From: an uncultured Solirubrobacterales bacterium
GTDB taxonomy: Bacteria; Actinomycetota; Thermoleophilia; Solirubrobacterales; 70-9
Direction: 5' to 3'
NCBI GenBank assembly: GCA_963837585.1
Contig: CAWINX010000003.1
Span: forward strand, 3,098-67,097
DNA: 64,000 nucleotides
The stretch's first letter is position 1. Each line of letters opens with the position of its first letter. Shown piece after piece: positions 1 to 10,000 of the stretch. Under the pieces are notes generated by a model that saw only the letters and a list, made by a program, of their open reading frames with translations, did not search any database and was not told the DNA's origin. The position numbers and the translations under genes were made by a program.

Positions 1-2012
1 TCGAGCAGCGGTCCTCCAAGCCGGAAGACGTCGCCGCGCTGGGGCAGCGGGAAGGTCTGGTCGCAGGAGTCGGGGTCGTCGAGGGTCCAGCCGCTGCAGC
101 CGACAAAGCGTTTGCCCGATTTTTTGGCGCGGATGATGCGCAGCATGTGGGGCGAGCCGTCGTCCTTCTTGCGCCCCGCCTCCTCGCAGACCTTGCAGGG
201 GCCGAGGATGCGGTCCTGGTCCATCCCTTTCCAGACGACTTTCGCCAGGTCCTCTTTGCTCTCCTCGATCTCCCCCCAGGTCTTGTGGAGGAGGTCGCGG
301 CTCTCGCCGACGACGGCGCCCTTGGTCGCATCGCCGGCGGCGATCCGGTCCATCTCGGCCTCGAGCTGGGCGGTCATCTCCGGCGTCGCCATCGCCGGCA
401 CGTAGTTCTTGAAGGCCTCATAGAGGGCGATCCCGGTCTCGGAGGGGATCGGCGGGTTGCCGTAGACGTAGCCGCGGTCGAAGAGCTTCTGGATGATGTC
501 GGCGCGGGTGGCCTTGGTGCCGAGGCCGCGCTCCTCCATCATCTCGATCAGTTTGGCCTGGGAGATCCGCGAGGGCGGCTGGGTCTCCTTGTCGACGATC
601 CAGGGCTCGCCGTCCAGGTCAAGGCTTTGCCCCTCCGCCAGCGCCGGGATCTCCTCGTCGGAGGAGCGGGCGTAGGTGTAGATGCCGGCGTAGCCGGGGT
701 CGACGACGACCGAGCCGCGCACGAAGTAGGTCTGATCGCCCGCCTCGATTTCGGCGCGGGTGGACTCGGTGATCATCGGCGGGCTGAAGGTGGCGAGGAA
801 GCGCCGCACGACCAGCTCGTAGACGCGGCGCTTGGGGCCCTCGAGGGCGCCGGGGTGGATCGCCTGGGTCGGGTAGATCGGCGGGTGGTCGGTCGTCTCT
901 TTTTTGCCGCGGGTCGGGGTCAGCTCGCCGTCGAGCAGGCCGGAGGCGGCGGAGAACTCTTTGATCCGGACCAGCGAGGAGACCAGCTCGCGAACCGGCA
1001 GCGAGGACGGGTAGACCGTGTTGTCGGTGCGCGGGTAGGAGATGAAGCCGTCCATATAAAGGTCCTCGGCGATCCGCATCGCCGAGGCGGGGGTGATGCC
1101 GAGGCGGCTGGAGGCGTCGGTGCTGAAGGCGGTCGTGTTGTAGGGGGTCGGCGGGCGGCGGGTGTTCTTCCGCGCGGTCACCGATTTGACCGTGCCGGGG
1201 CCGGAGGTGCCGGCCAGGGCCGCGTCGACCTCGGCGCGCTCCCAGAATTTGTCGACGGTGTGGTGAGCCTCGAACGCCCCGTCGGGGTGCTGGAACTTGG
1301 CGAACAGCTCCCAGAAGGGTTTGGCGACGTGGGCGCGGCGCTCCATCTCACGCTCGACGATCAGCCCCAGGGTGGGGCTCTGGACGCGGCCGACCGAGAG
1401 GAAGTTGGAGCCGAAGCGGCGGGTGGCGAGGGAGACGGCGCGGGTCAGCGTCGCCCCCCAGAGCAGGTCGATGTCCTGGCGGGCGGCGCCGGCGTTGGCG
1501 AGCGGGTAGGAGAGCTCGTCGAGCTCGGAGAAGGCGCGCTCGATCTCCTCCTTGGTGAGGGCGGAGTAGCGGGCGCGCTGGATCTTCAGGGTGCCGTCGC
1601 TGGTCCCCTCGCGGGAGCCGAGCGCCGGGTTGGCGTCGAGCATCTCCTCGAGCGCCTCGAGGCCGATCAGCTCGCCCTCGCGGTCGAAGTCGGTCGCGAT
1701 CACCAGCTCGTCGGCCTCTTTGGCGACCTTTTTGATCGCCTTGACGACGTTTTTGTCGGTCGGCTCCTTGATCAGCTCGGCGTCGATCAGGTCGTGCAGG
1801 TCGGTCTTCTGCCAGTTCGAGTAGCCCTCGGGGAAGGCGGGGCCGAGCACGTGGCCCTTGAGGCCGATGGTCATGTGATCCCCGTCGGCGTCGGTCCACG
1901 TGTAGTAGGGGACTTTGAAGGTTTTGTCGCTGGCCGGGCCGCCGTTGGCGGCGCCGAGGATCTCGGCGATCTTCTTGGCGCTGTTGTTCTTCTCGGTGAC
2001 GATCAGCCGCAT
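1..2012 (-). CDS. topA: Type IA DNA topoisomerase (archaeal TopA / Topo III-like); 3' end cut by window edge
   Basis: Absent from the ORF track because it runs off the left edge. My translation of the minus strand from the ATG at 2012..2010 gives MRLIVTEKNNSAKKIAEILG (Toprim), FDREGELIG, GFISYPRTDNTVYP (active-site Tyr region) and a C-terminal CKVCEEAG...FVGCSGW zinc ribbon. Plus-strand ORF 147..2093 is its antisense shadow. Confidence 0.85.
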   Translation of the reverse strand, partial: MRLIVTEKNNSAKKIAEILGAANGGPASDKTFKVPYYTWTDADGDHMTIGLKGHVLGPAFPEGYSNWQKTDLHDLIDAELIKEPTDKNVVKAIKKVAKEADELVIATDFDREGELIGLEALEEMLDANPALGSREGTSDGTLKIQRARYSALTKEEIERAFSELDELSYPLANAGAARQDIDLLWGATLTRAVSLATRRFGSNFLSVGRVQSPTLGLIVEREMERRAHVAKPFWELFAKFQHPDGAFEAHHTVDKFWERAEVDAALAGTSGPGTVKSVTARKNTRRPPTPYNTTAFSTDASSRLGITPASAMRIAEDLYMDGFISYPRTDNTVYPSSLPVRELVSSLVRIKEFSAASGLLDGELTPTRGKKETTDHPPIYPTQAIHPGALEGPKRRVYELVVRRFLATFSPPMITESTRAEIEAGDQTYFVRGSVVVDPGYAGIYTYARSSDEEIPALAEGQSLDLDGEPWIVDKETQPPSRISQAKLIEMMEERGLGTKATRADIIQKLFDRGYVYGNPPIPSETGIALYEAFKNYVPAMATPEMTAQLEAEMDRIAAGDATKGAVVGESRDLLHKTWGEIEESKEDLAKVVWKGMDQDRILGPCKVCEEAGRKKDDGSPHMLRIIRAKKSGKRFVGCSGWTLDDPDSCDQTFPLPQRGDVFRLGGPLL

Positions 2013-2089
2013 GGGGCGGCGAGGGTAGCAGGGGCGCGCGGCGGCCCCTCCCGCCTCGCGCGCGCCGATCCCCCTAGGATCGGCGGCCG

Positions 2090-3020
2090 ATGAAGAGCTT
2101 GGTGACAGGCGGCGCGGGGTTTATCGGCTCGAACTTGGTCGATGCCCTGCTGGCCCGCGGCGACGAGGTGGCGGTGGTCGACGACCTCTCGACCGGGCGG
2201 CTGGAAAACCTCGACGGAGCGCTCGCCGCCGGCGCGACGCTGGCCGAGCTCGACATCCGCGACGGGCGCGGCGCTGAGCGAGCTGGCGGCAGAGGCGCGG
2301 CCCGACGTCGTCTTCCACCTGGCGGCGCAGATCGACGTCCGCAAGTCGATCGCCGATCCGGCCTTCGACGCCTCGATCAATGTCGGCGGCACCGCCAACG
2401 TGCTGGAGGCGGCGCGGGGCGCGGGCGCGCGGCGCGTCGTCTTCGTCTCCACCGGGGGGGCGATCTACGGCGAGGGCGAGGGACAGGAGCTGCCGCTCGG
2501 CGAGGGCGCCCCGGTCGAGCCGCTCTCCGCCTACGGGCAGAGCAAGTTCGCCGCCGAGGGATACCTGGCGCTCTACGAGCGCCTCTACGGCCTCTCCAGC
2601 GTCAGCCTGCGACTCGGCAACGTCTACGGGCCGCGCCAGGACCCGCTCGGCGAAGCGGGGGTGATCGCGATCTTCTGCGGCAAGCTGCGCGCCGGCGAGC
2701 GGCCGACCGTGTTCGGCGACGGCCGCCAGACCCGCGACTACATATATGTGGGGGACGTGGTCGCCGCGGCGCTGGCCGCTTCGGGGTCGGAGGCGAGCGG
2801 GCCGATCAACATCGGCACGGGACGCGAGACCGACGTGTTGGAGCTGGCCCGACAGCTCGGCGAGCTGGAGGGCGTCGAGTTCGAGCCCGAGCTCGCCCCC
2901 GCCCGCACCGGCGAGGTGCAGCGGATCGCGATCGACCCGGGGCGCGCCGAGCGCGAGCTGGGCTGGCGCGCCGCGGTCGGCCTCGAAGAGGGCCTGCGGC
3001 TGACGCTCGCGTCGCTCTGA
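2090..3020 (+). CDS. NAD-dependent epimerase/dehydratase (UDP-glucose 4-epimerase-like); apparent frameshift near 2262-2272
   Basis: The N-terminus [36 protein letters not shown] (Rossmann GxxGxxG) lies in the frame of ORF 2090..3037. The remainder ([19 protein letters not shown] = Yxxx[12 protein letters not shown]) lies in ORF 2142..3020. The frames join at DIRDG|AALSEL. Confidence 0.8.
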
Positions 3021-3070
3021 CGCTCAGGTCGCTCTGACGCTCAGGTCGCTTTGACGCTCTGACGCTCGCG
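3000..3070. repeat. 17-bp tandem repeat CTGACGCTCAGGTCGCT, about 4 units, spanning the epimerase stop codon
   Basis: Read directly: units at 3000-3016, 3017-3033 and 3034-3050 (the last two identical), then partial units to 3070. The stop TGA at 3018-3020 lies inside unit 2. Confidence 0.85.
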
Positions 3071-3088
3071 GGGGGTGGTCGTCCCGCC

Positions 3089-3307
3089 CCGGTGTAACGC
3101 GTAAGTGGGGAAATAGCCCACCTACGCGTTACACCGTGGGTGAGGGCGGTCTGATCCCTTCTCGGTGTAACGCGTAAGTGGGCTGAGAGGCCGCCAACGC
3201 GTTGCACCGAGGGTGGAGAGTCGATCGTCAGTCCGGTGTAACGCGTGATCGTCAGCCCGGTGTAACGCGTAAGTGGGCTGAGAGGCCGCCAACGCGTTGC
3301 ACCGAGG
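3089..3307. repeat. Cluster of REP-like palindromic elements (core GGTGTAACGCGTAAGTGGG ... CCCACCTACGCGTTACACC)
   Basis: Hairpin copies at 3089-3136, 3162-3210 and 3257-3305, plus a half copy at 3233-3246. The 3163-3212 and 3258-3307 segments are identical. The cluster is intergenic. Small ORFs here (LTRYT / RCNA peptides) are repeat artefacts. Confidence 0.85.
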
Positions 3308-3419
3308 CAGGGGCGGCCCGCCCTCTAACCTTCCGGTCATGCCCGCCCAGGCCTATGCCGGCAAGGAGTGCGTCTGCCAACTGCGCAAGGGGATCTGCGA
3401 CCAGTCCTGCGTGCGCGAC

Positions 3420-4086
3420 ATGCTGGAGACGCCCTTCTACATCGCCTGCCTGAAGTTGAAGGGGCGGCGCTGCCTGGTGGTCGGGGGCGGCGACATCGGC
3501 CTGGAGAAGGTCGAGGGGCTGCTCGCCTGCGACGGCGAGGTGACGCTGATCGCGCCGACCGCCCACCCGGCGCTTGAGGAGCTGGCCGCCGAGGGCTCGA
3601 TCCAGTGGGAGAAGCGCCCCTACGAGGGGGCGGCCGACCTCGAGGGCATCTTCATGGTCGATCGCCGCGACCGACGACACCGAGGTCAACATCGGCGTCT
3701 ACGACGACGCCGAGCGGCGGGCGATGCTGGTCAACGTCGTCGACGTCCCCCCTCTGTGCAACTTCATCCTGCCGGCGATCGTGCGCAGCGGCCCGTTGGC
3801 GATCGCGATCTCGACCGCCGGCGCCTCCCCCGCGCTGGCGAAGCGGATGAAGCGCGAGGTCGCCGAGCTGTTCGGCGAGGAGTACGCGCGGCTGGCGGTC
3901 GTCCTCAACGACGCCCGCGGCTGGGCGAAGGGGACGCTGCCGACCTACCAGGACCGCAAGGAGTTCTTCGAGGGGATCGTCAACGGCGACCCCGACCCGG
4001 TCGAGCTGCTCCGCGAGGGCCGCGAGGTCGAAGTCCTGGCGCTGATCGAGGCCGCCAAAGAGCGCGCCGCGGCGGCGCTGGCCTAG
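3420..4086 (+). CDS. Siroheme synthase N-domain type protein (precorrin-2 dehydrogenase / sirohydrochlorin ferrochelatase, SirC/Met8-like); apparent frameshift near 3655-3662
   Basis: [35 protein letters not shown] (NAD-binding GGGxxG) is in ORF 3297..4184. It continues as [41 protein letters not shown]...[14 protein letters not shown] in ORF 3574..4086. Confidence 0.75.
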
Positions 4087-4110
4087 GGCCGGGCTTCAGC
4101 CGGCCCGTCG

Positions 4111-4635
4111 TCAGCCCGCGTCGCAGGCTGAGCTGCGGACCCGATCAAGCGCCTCGCGCAGGTCGTTGGCCTGGGCGACGCTGAGCTTGGCGGCGAAGGT
4201 GACCTCCAGCTCGGCGACCACGACCGGGCGCATCTCGGCGAGCAGCTCGCGACCGGGGGGCGTCAGCGTCGCGTAGCTGACCCGGCGGTCCGTCTCGCAG
4301 AAGGTTCGTTCCAGCAGGCCGGCCTTGACCAGGCGATCGACAAGCTTGGTGAGGCCGCCGCGGGTGATCACCATCGCCTCGGCGAGGTCCCCCATCTTCA
4401 TCCGTTGATCGGGCTCCTCGGCGATGGTGGCGAGCACCTCATACCAGGGCAGCGGCGGGAAGTCGGCGGTGGACAGCGCCTCCTGAAGGCGCTGGACGAT
4501 CGCCGCGTGCGTACGCGTCAGCGCGCCCCAGGCGTCGCCGTGGGCGGCGCGCGACGCCGTGCCTCCCCCGGAAGCCCGCTTTGCTCTCCCGCCGTCGCGG
4601 GAAGTCGGCTCCGCCGTTGTCGCCTGCTCGCTCAC
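4111..4635 (-). CDS. MarR-family transcriptional regulator
   Basis: Intact 174-aa ORF. The winged-HTH region [53 protein letters not shown] is typical of MarR. It is divergent from the yceI-like gene. Confidence 0.8.
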   Translation of the reverse strand: MSEQATTAEPTSRDGGRAKRASGGGTASRAAHGDAWGALTRTHAAIVQRLQEALSTADFPPLPWYEVLATIAEEPDQRMKMGDLAEAMVITRGGLTKLVDRLVKAGLLERTFCETDRRVSYATLTPPGRELLAEMRPVVVAELEVTFAAKLSVAQANDLREALDRVRSSACDAG

Positions 4636-4658
4636 TCCTCAGATGATCGCAGATATTC

Positions 4659-4735
4659 GTTGTTCAGGCAATAGTTGTCCTAGAAAGCTTTTCCTGCTAA
4701 TCTTTTTCTTCGTCAACTATTTACCAGGCAACAAC
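4659..4735. promoter_or_regulatory. AT-rich divergent promoter region with long-range inverted repeat (candidate MarR operator)
   Basis: GTTGTTCAGGCAATAGTTG (4659-4677) and CAACTATTTACCAGGCAACAAC (4714-4735) are near reverse complements. They sit between the marR start (4635) and the yceI-like start (4754). This is the most AT-rich stretch in the area. Confidence 0.45.
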
Positions 4736-4753
4736 TTATGAAGGGAGACAGCA

Positions 4754-5308
4754 ATGAGCACGCAAACGATCCAACGGGAAGTTCCAGTCGGGGCATACGC
4801 GGTCGACCCGGTCCACTCCTCGATCGGCTTCGCGATCACCCACAACGGGGTCTCGACCTTCCGCAGTGGCTTCGGCTCCTACGAGGCGCGGCTGACCGGC
4901 GGCGATGCGCCGCGGCTCGAGGGCTCGGTGGACGTCGCCAGCGTCGAGATCAACGAGGAGCAGCTGAAGGGCCACCTCCTCTCCCCCGACTTCTTCGACG
5001 CGGAGCGCCACCCGCAACTGCGCTTCGGCTCCACCGAGCTGGAGGTTGGCGAGGACGGCGCGGTGCGCCTGCGCGGGGAGCTGGAGATCAAGGGCAAGAC
5101 CCACGAGGTGGAGGCAAGCGGCAGGTTCGCGCAGATCGGCGCCGATCTCGGCGGCGGCGCCCGGGTCGGCCTTTCGCTGGAGGCGGCGATCGACCGTCGC
5201 AGTTTCGGGATCGACTGGAACACCGAGCTGCCGAGCGGCGGCGAGGTGCTCGACTACGAGGTGAGCATCACGGTCGAGCTGGAGCTGGTCGCGGAAGGGA
5301 GCGCCTGA
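4754..5308 (+). CDS. YceI-like polyisoprenoid-binding protein
   Basis: Intact 184-aa ORF containing YAVDPVHSSIGFAITHNGVSTFRSGF ... FFDAERHPQLRF ... LEIKGKTHEV, the typical YceI family pattern. Confidence 0.8.
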   Translation: MSTQTIQREVPVGAYAVDPVHSSIGFAITHNGVSTFRSGFGSYEARLTGGDAPRLEGSVDVASVEINEEQLKGHLLSPDFFDAERHPQLRFGSTELEVGEDGAVRLRGELEIKGKTHEVEASGRFAQIGADLGGGARVGLSLEAAIDRRSFGIDWNTELPSGGEVLDYEVSITVELELVAEGSA

Positions 5309-5310
5309 CC

Positions 5311-5874
5311 GTGCGGGTCCTGGGCATCTCCGGGAGCCTGCGCCGAGACTCGCTGAACGACGCCCTCTTGCGGGCAGCCGCCGAGCGGCTGTCCGCCGGG
5401 GCGGAGCTGGTGACGTTCGACCGGCTGGGAGAGGTGCCTCCCTTCAGCGAGGACTCCGAGGCGGGGCCGGTCCCGGAGGCGGTGGAAGAGCTGCGCGAGG
5501 CGATCCGCGCCGCCGACGCGGTGCTGGTCGCCACCCCGGAGTACAACCACTCCCTCCCGGGCCAGCTGAAGAACGCGCTCGACTGGGCCTCGCGCCCGGC
5601 CGGGCAGAGCGCCCTGATCGGCAAGCCGGCGGCGGTGGTCGGCGCCTCAAAGGGCATGTTCGGCGCGGTCTGGGCTCAGGCCGAGCTGCGCAAGGTGCTG
5701 GCGGCGATGGGCGGCCGCGTGGTCGAGACGGAGCTGCCGGTCGCGGGGGCGCACGAGCTGCTCGACGGCGACCGCCTGGAGTTGGGCAACGAGCAATCCG
5801 AGCGGCTCGAGGAGATCCTCGCCGAGCTGCTCGCCGCGGCGGAAGCAGAGGTCGGCCTGGCGGTAGCGGCCTGA
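5311..5874 (+). CDS. NADPH-dependent FMN reductase family protein
   Basis: GTG start at 5311 within ORF 4738..5874. VRVLGISGSLRRDSLNDALL ... VLVATPEYNHSLPGQLKNALDW matches the flavodoxin-like NAD(P)H:FMN reductase pattern. Confidence 0.8.
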   Translation: MRVLGISGSLRRDSLNDALLRAAAERLSAGAELVTFDRLGEVPPFSEDSEAGPVPEAVEELREAIRAADAVLVATPEYNHSLPGQLKNALDWASRPAGQSALIGKPAAVVGASKGMFGAVWAQAELRKVLAAMGGRVVETELPVAGAHELLDGDRLELGNEQSERLEEILAELLAAAEAEVGLAVAA

Positions 5875-5998
5875 GCCCTCCGGGGCCGGGAGTGCGGGCC
5901 TAGATGAGTGATTCCACGACCGCGTGTGACTGGGGGCGCGCGTGGCCAAGCAGGTCAAGGACGCAGGGCGCAGCCTTTGGCGATGGGGACCATCGCCT

Positions 5999-6119
5999 CG
6001 GTGTAACGCGTAGGTGGGCAAATAGCCCTCTTATGCGTTGCACCGGCAAGGAAGACTTGGGATGTCATCAGCGGTGTAACGCGTAGGTGGGCAAATAGAC
6101 CACCTACGCGTTACACCGG
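5999..6119. repeat. Two more copies of the GGTGTAACGCGT REP-like palindromic element
   Basis: Copies at 5999-6046 and 6072-6119 (CGGTGTAACGCGTAGGTGGGCAAATAGACCACCTACGCGTTACACCG). Same family as 3089-3307. Intergenic. Confidence 0.85.
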
Positions 6120-6206
6120 CGGCGGGTGCTCCGCTGGTTGATTTCAGGTGGTTGCGGACAGCCGCGAGGAGGCGGCGGTCAGGAAGTGCGAGATCACGAT
6201 GACTGG

Positions 6207-6226
6207 GGCGGTTCCGCGGAACCGCC
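6207..6226 (-). terminator. Perfect 20-nt palindrome GGCGGTTCCGCGGAACCGCC downstream of the hemolysin III gene
   Basis: Read directly. It lies about 27 nt past the stop of the minus-strand gene ending at 6253. No clear U-tract. The same core recurs at 41805-41834. Confidence 0.35.
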
Positions 6227-6252
6227 GGCGTGGTTGCCCGTGGAATCAATCG

Positions 6253-6957
6253 TCAGCCGGCGGGCAGGGCGAAGAAGGCGATCGCGGCGAAGTGGGCGGC
6301 GGCGGCGGCGATGACCAGGGCGTGGAAGACCTCGTGGTAGCCGAAGACGCGCGGGTTGGGATTGGGGCGCTGGGTCGCGTAGACGACCGCGCCCGCCGTG
6401 TAGAGGAGTCCGCCGGCGGCGACGAGCAGCGTCCCGGCCACTCCCATGTCGTTCCACAGCTCCGGGAAGGCGACGGCGGCGACCCAGCCCAGCGACATAT
6501 ATATGAGCGCCGCGACCCATTTGGGGTGGTCGATCCAGACCATCTCGACCGCGGCGCCGGCAATCGCCCCGATCCAGACGACGACCAGGATGGCGGCGGC
6601 CAGCGACCCGTTCAGCACCAGCAGCGCGAAGGGCGTGTAGGTGCCGGCGATCAGGAAGAAGATCATCGAGTGGTCCAGCCGGCGCATCCAGCGGCGCACA
6701 TCCGGCCGGCGCCAGTTGACCCGGTGATAGAGGGCGCTGGTGCCGAGCAGGGCGGAGAGGCTGGCCGCATAGATCGCCACCGCGAGCGTCGCCTTCGGCG
6801 TCTTGGCGGCGACGATCAGGCCGGCGCCGAGGAAGAGTGAGACGACGAAGGCCCACTGGTGGGAGACGCCGCGCAGCTTCGGCTTGACCGCGGCAATCGC
6901 GTCGCTTGCAACTTCCTTTGCAGATTCCGCCCTCTCGGCGGCCCTCGCCCGCAGCAT
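6253..6957 (-). CDS. Hemolysin III / PAQR-family channel protein
   Basis: Intact 234-aa ORF, multi-pass membrane protein, with LRGVSHQWAF..., LYHRVNW, DHSMIFFLIAGTYTPF and HEVFHALV motifs typical of the family. Confidence 0.8.
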   Translation of the reverse strand: MLRARAAERAESAKEVASDAIAAVKPKLRGVSHQWAFVVSLFLGAGLIVAAKTPKATLAVAIYAASLSALLGTSALYHRVNWRRPDVRRWMRRLDHSMIFFLIAGTYTPFALLVLNGSLAAAILVVVWIGAIAGAAVEMVWIDHPKWVAALIYMSLGWVAAVAFPELWNDMGVAGTLLVAAGGLLYTAGAVVYATQRPNPNPRVFGYHEVFHALVIAAAAAHFAAIAFFALPAG

Positions 6958-7088
6958 CGCCTTGTCACCATAGTGGGTGAGGCCGCGAAATCTGCGGCGT
7001 TTGCGGATTCGGCGGCGACAAAGTCTGTCCGACTCGATGACGATCCTGGGCAGCTCCCCCTGAAAGTCGCTGCGAGAGGAGAAGTTCG

Positions 7089-10000
7089 ATGTCCAAGACC
7101 GCCACCAGCTCCCCCCAGACCGGTCTGCAGGGCCTCTCGATAGAGCGGCGATTTAGCCGCGAAGGGACCCATCCCTTCGACGAGGTCGAGTGGGAGACCC
7201 GCGATGCGGTGATCGGCAACCCCGAGAGCCCGGCCTTCGAGCAGCGCGGGGTCGAGTTCCCGGTGGACTGGTCCCAGAACGCGACCAACATCGTCGCCCA
7301 GAAGTACTTCCGCGGCCAGCTCGGCTCGCCCGAGCGCGAGTCCTCGGTCAAACAGATGATCGGCCGGGTCGCGGGGACGATCTCGAACTGGGGGCGCGAG
7401 GGCGGCTACTTCGCCTCGCCCGAGGACGCCGACGCCTTCGAGGCCGAGCTGGCCTCGATCCTGCTCAACCAGAAGGCGGCCTTCAACTCGCCGGTCTGGT
7501 TCAACGTCGGCTTCGAGGAGACGCCGCAGTGCTCGGCCTGCCAGCCGTATCACGCGCTTGTCTCGACGCCCGAGGGCATGGTCCCGATCGGCGAGATGGT
7601 CGAGGGGGAGCAGATCGGCCGCGAGGTGTACGACGCGCGCGGCGTGACGCGAGTCGTCGCCGTCAAGGCCAACGGCCGCAAGCCGGTGATGCGGGTGCGG
7701 CTGCGCAACGGCGGCTTCGTCGAAGCCACGCCGGATCACGTCGTCAAGGCCGTCGCAGAGCGCCGCACCGAGCCACAGTGGCTGCGCGTCGACCAGCTCG
7801 CGCCGGGGATGCGGCTGCACCTGCACCCGCACCGGGCCAAGGTCGCCGACCGGACCCTAGTCGCGGCGGGCGGGCCCGCCTCGACGGAGCTTGACGGCAC
7901 CGACTACCTGGAGGCCCTCGACGAGACGACGCGCGTCGACCGCGCCGAGGCGGCGCTTGCCGGCTGGCTGCAGGCCGACGGCTTCGTCGGCCAGTACCAG
8001 GGCGGGACGAACAGCTCGCTGACGCATCGAGTTCCAGGTCGCGAACGACGAGGAGTACGCCTGGGTGATGGAGAACCTCGACATCGCTCTGCCCGACGTG
8101 CACCGCAAGGTGCGGGTGGCCGACACGCAGGAGGTCGAGGTGCGGCGGATCCGCCTCTACGGCGAGGTGCTTCGCGACTTCGTGGAGCGCTGGGAGCTCT
8201 CCCCGCGTGGGACGGAGATCCGCGTTCCCTCCCGGCTGTGGACGGCCACCCACGAGGAGATCTGCGCCTACCTGCGCAGCGTGTTCCAGGCGGACGGCTA
8301 CATGACCGTGCAGCGCAAGCACGACTACGAGAACGCCCGGATCGGCTTCGCCGTGATCGGCGAGCGGTGGACGGAGGACGTCCAGATGCTCCTCAACTCG
8401 GTCGGGATCTACTCCCGCCGCACCCGGAAGCACGAGAAGCGAGCGGATCGGCACGACATGCACGAGCTTTCGATCAACATCGGCTCGGAGCGAGCTCGCT
8501 TCGCGGAGCTGATCGGGTTCGTCGGCGAGGACAAGCAGCGCCGCCTGCTCGAGTCGCTGGAGCTGCGCAACCCGAAGCTCTGCCCGGACCTGCGCGAGGA
8601 GGAGATCGTCGCGATCGAGGAGCTCGGCGAGCAGGAGGTCTACGACATCCAGACCGAGTCGGGCGAGTACCTGAGCAACAACATCGCGGTCCACAACTGC
8701 TTCATCCTCAGCGTCGAGGACAACATGGACTCGATCCTCGACTGGAACACCAAAGAGGGCAAGATCTTCCGCGGCGGCTCCGGCTCGGGGATCAACCTCT
8801 CCAACATCCGCGGCTCGATGGAGCCGCTGAAGAAGGGCGGCACGGCGAGCGGCCCGGTCAGCTTCATGCGCGGCGCCGACTCCTGGGCGGGGACGATCAA
8901 GTCGGGCGGCAAGACGCGCCGCGCCGCGAAGATGGTCGTGCTCGACGTCGACCACCCGGACGTCGAGCACTTCATCTGGTGCAAGGCCAAAGAGGAGGAG
9001 AAGGCGGGGGCGCTGCGCGACGCCGGCTTCGACATGTCGATCGACGGCGAGGGCTTCACCTCGATCCAGTACCAGAACGCCAACAACTCGGTGCGGGTGA
9101 CCGACGAGTTCATGGAGGCGGTCGAGGCCGGCGGCGAGTGGGACCTGACCGCGCGGACCACCGGCGAGGCGGTGAAGACGCTCGACGCGCGCGACCTGAT
9201 GAACCAGATCTCCGACGCCGCCTGGCGCTGCGCCGATCCCGGCGTCCAGTACGACACGACGATCAACCGCTGGCACACCTGCCCGGAGTCGGGGCGGATC
9301 AACGCCTCCAACCCGTGCTCCGAGTACATGCACGTCGACGACTCGGCCTGCAACCTCGCCTCGATCAACCTGATGAAGTTCCGCCGCAAGGACGGCTCCT
9401 TCGACGCCGCGGAGTTCGAGCACGCGGTCGACATCGTCTTCCTCGCCCAGGAGATCGTGGTCGGCTGCTCCAGCTACCCGACCGAGGAGATCGGCGTCAA
9501 CGCCAACGCCTTCCGCCAGCTCGGGCTCGGCTACGCCAACCTCGGCGCGCTGCTGATGTCCGACGGCCTGCCGTATGACTCCGACGAGGGGCGCAACGTG
9601 GCGGCGGCGATCACCGCGCTGATGACCGGGCGCGCCTACCGCCAGTCGGCGTTGATCGCGGCCGGGGCGACCGGGCCCTACGCCGAGTACGAGCGCAACC
9701 GCGAGGCCCACAACGGGGTGATGCGGATGCACCGCGACGCCTCCCATGACATCGACTCGACCGGGATCAAGGGCGACCTGCTGGAGGCGGCGCAGCGCTC
9801 CTGGGACGAGGCGGTCGAGCTGGGCGAGGAGCACGGCTATCGCAACGCGCAGGCGACGGTGCTGGCGCCGACCGGGACGATCAGCTTCCTGATGGACTGC
9901 GACACGACCGGGATCGAGCCCGACTTCTCCCTGGTCAAGTTCAAGGAGCTGGTCGGCGGCGGGCAGATGACGATCGTCAACCGCTCGGTGCCGCTGGCGC

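Noticed and set aside
147-2093. 648-aa plus-strand ORF
   Set aside because: The translation is low-complexity and rich in G/A/R/L/V/D with no motifs. It lies exactly antisense to a clean type IA topoisomerase. This is a typical high-GC antisense open frame.
3089-3307. CRISPR array
   Set aside because: The repeats are themselves long palindromes with variable spacing, and the intervening sequences are partly duplicated. There are no unique spacers of regular length and no cas genes in the window.
6958-7088. B12 riboswitch or NrdR box upstream of nrdJ
   Set aside because: I could not recognise a cobalamin-riboswitch B12-box. TCACCATAGTGGGTGA at about 6965-6980 is only a weak single inverted repeat compared with the paired 16-bp NrdR boxes expected.
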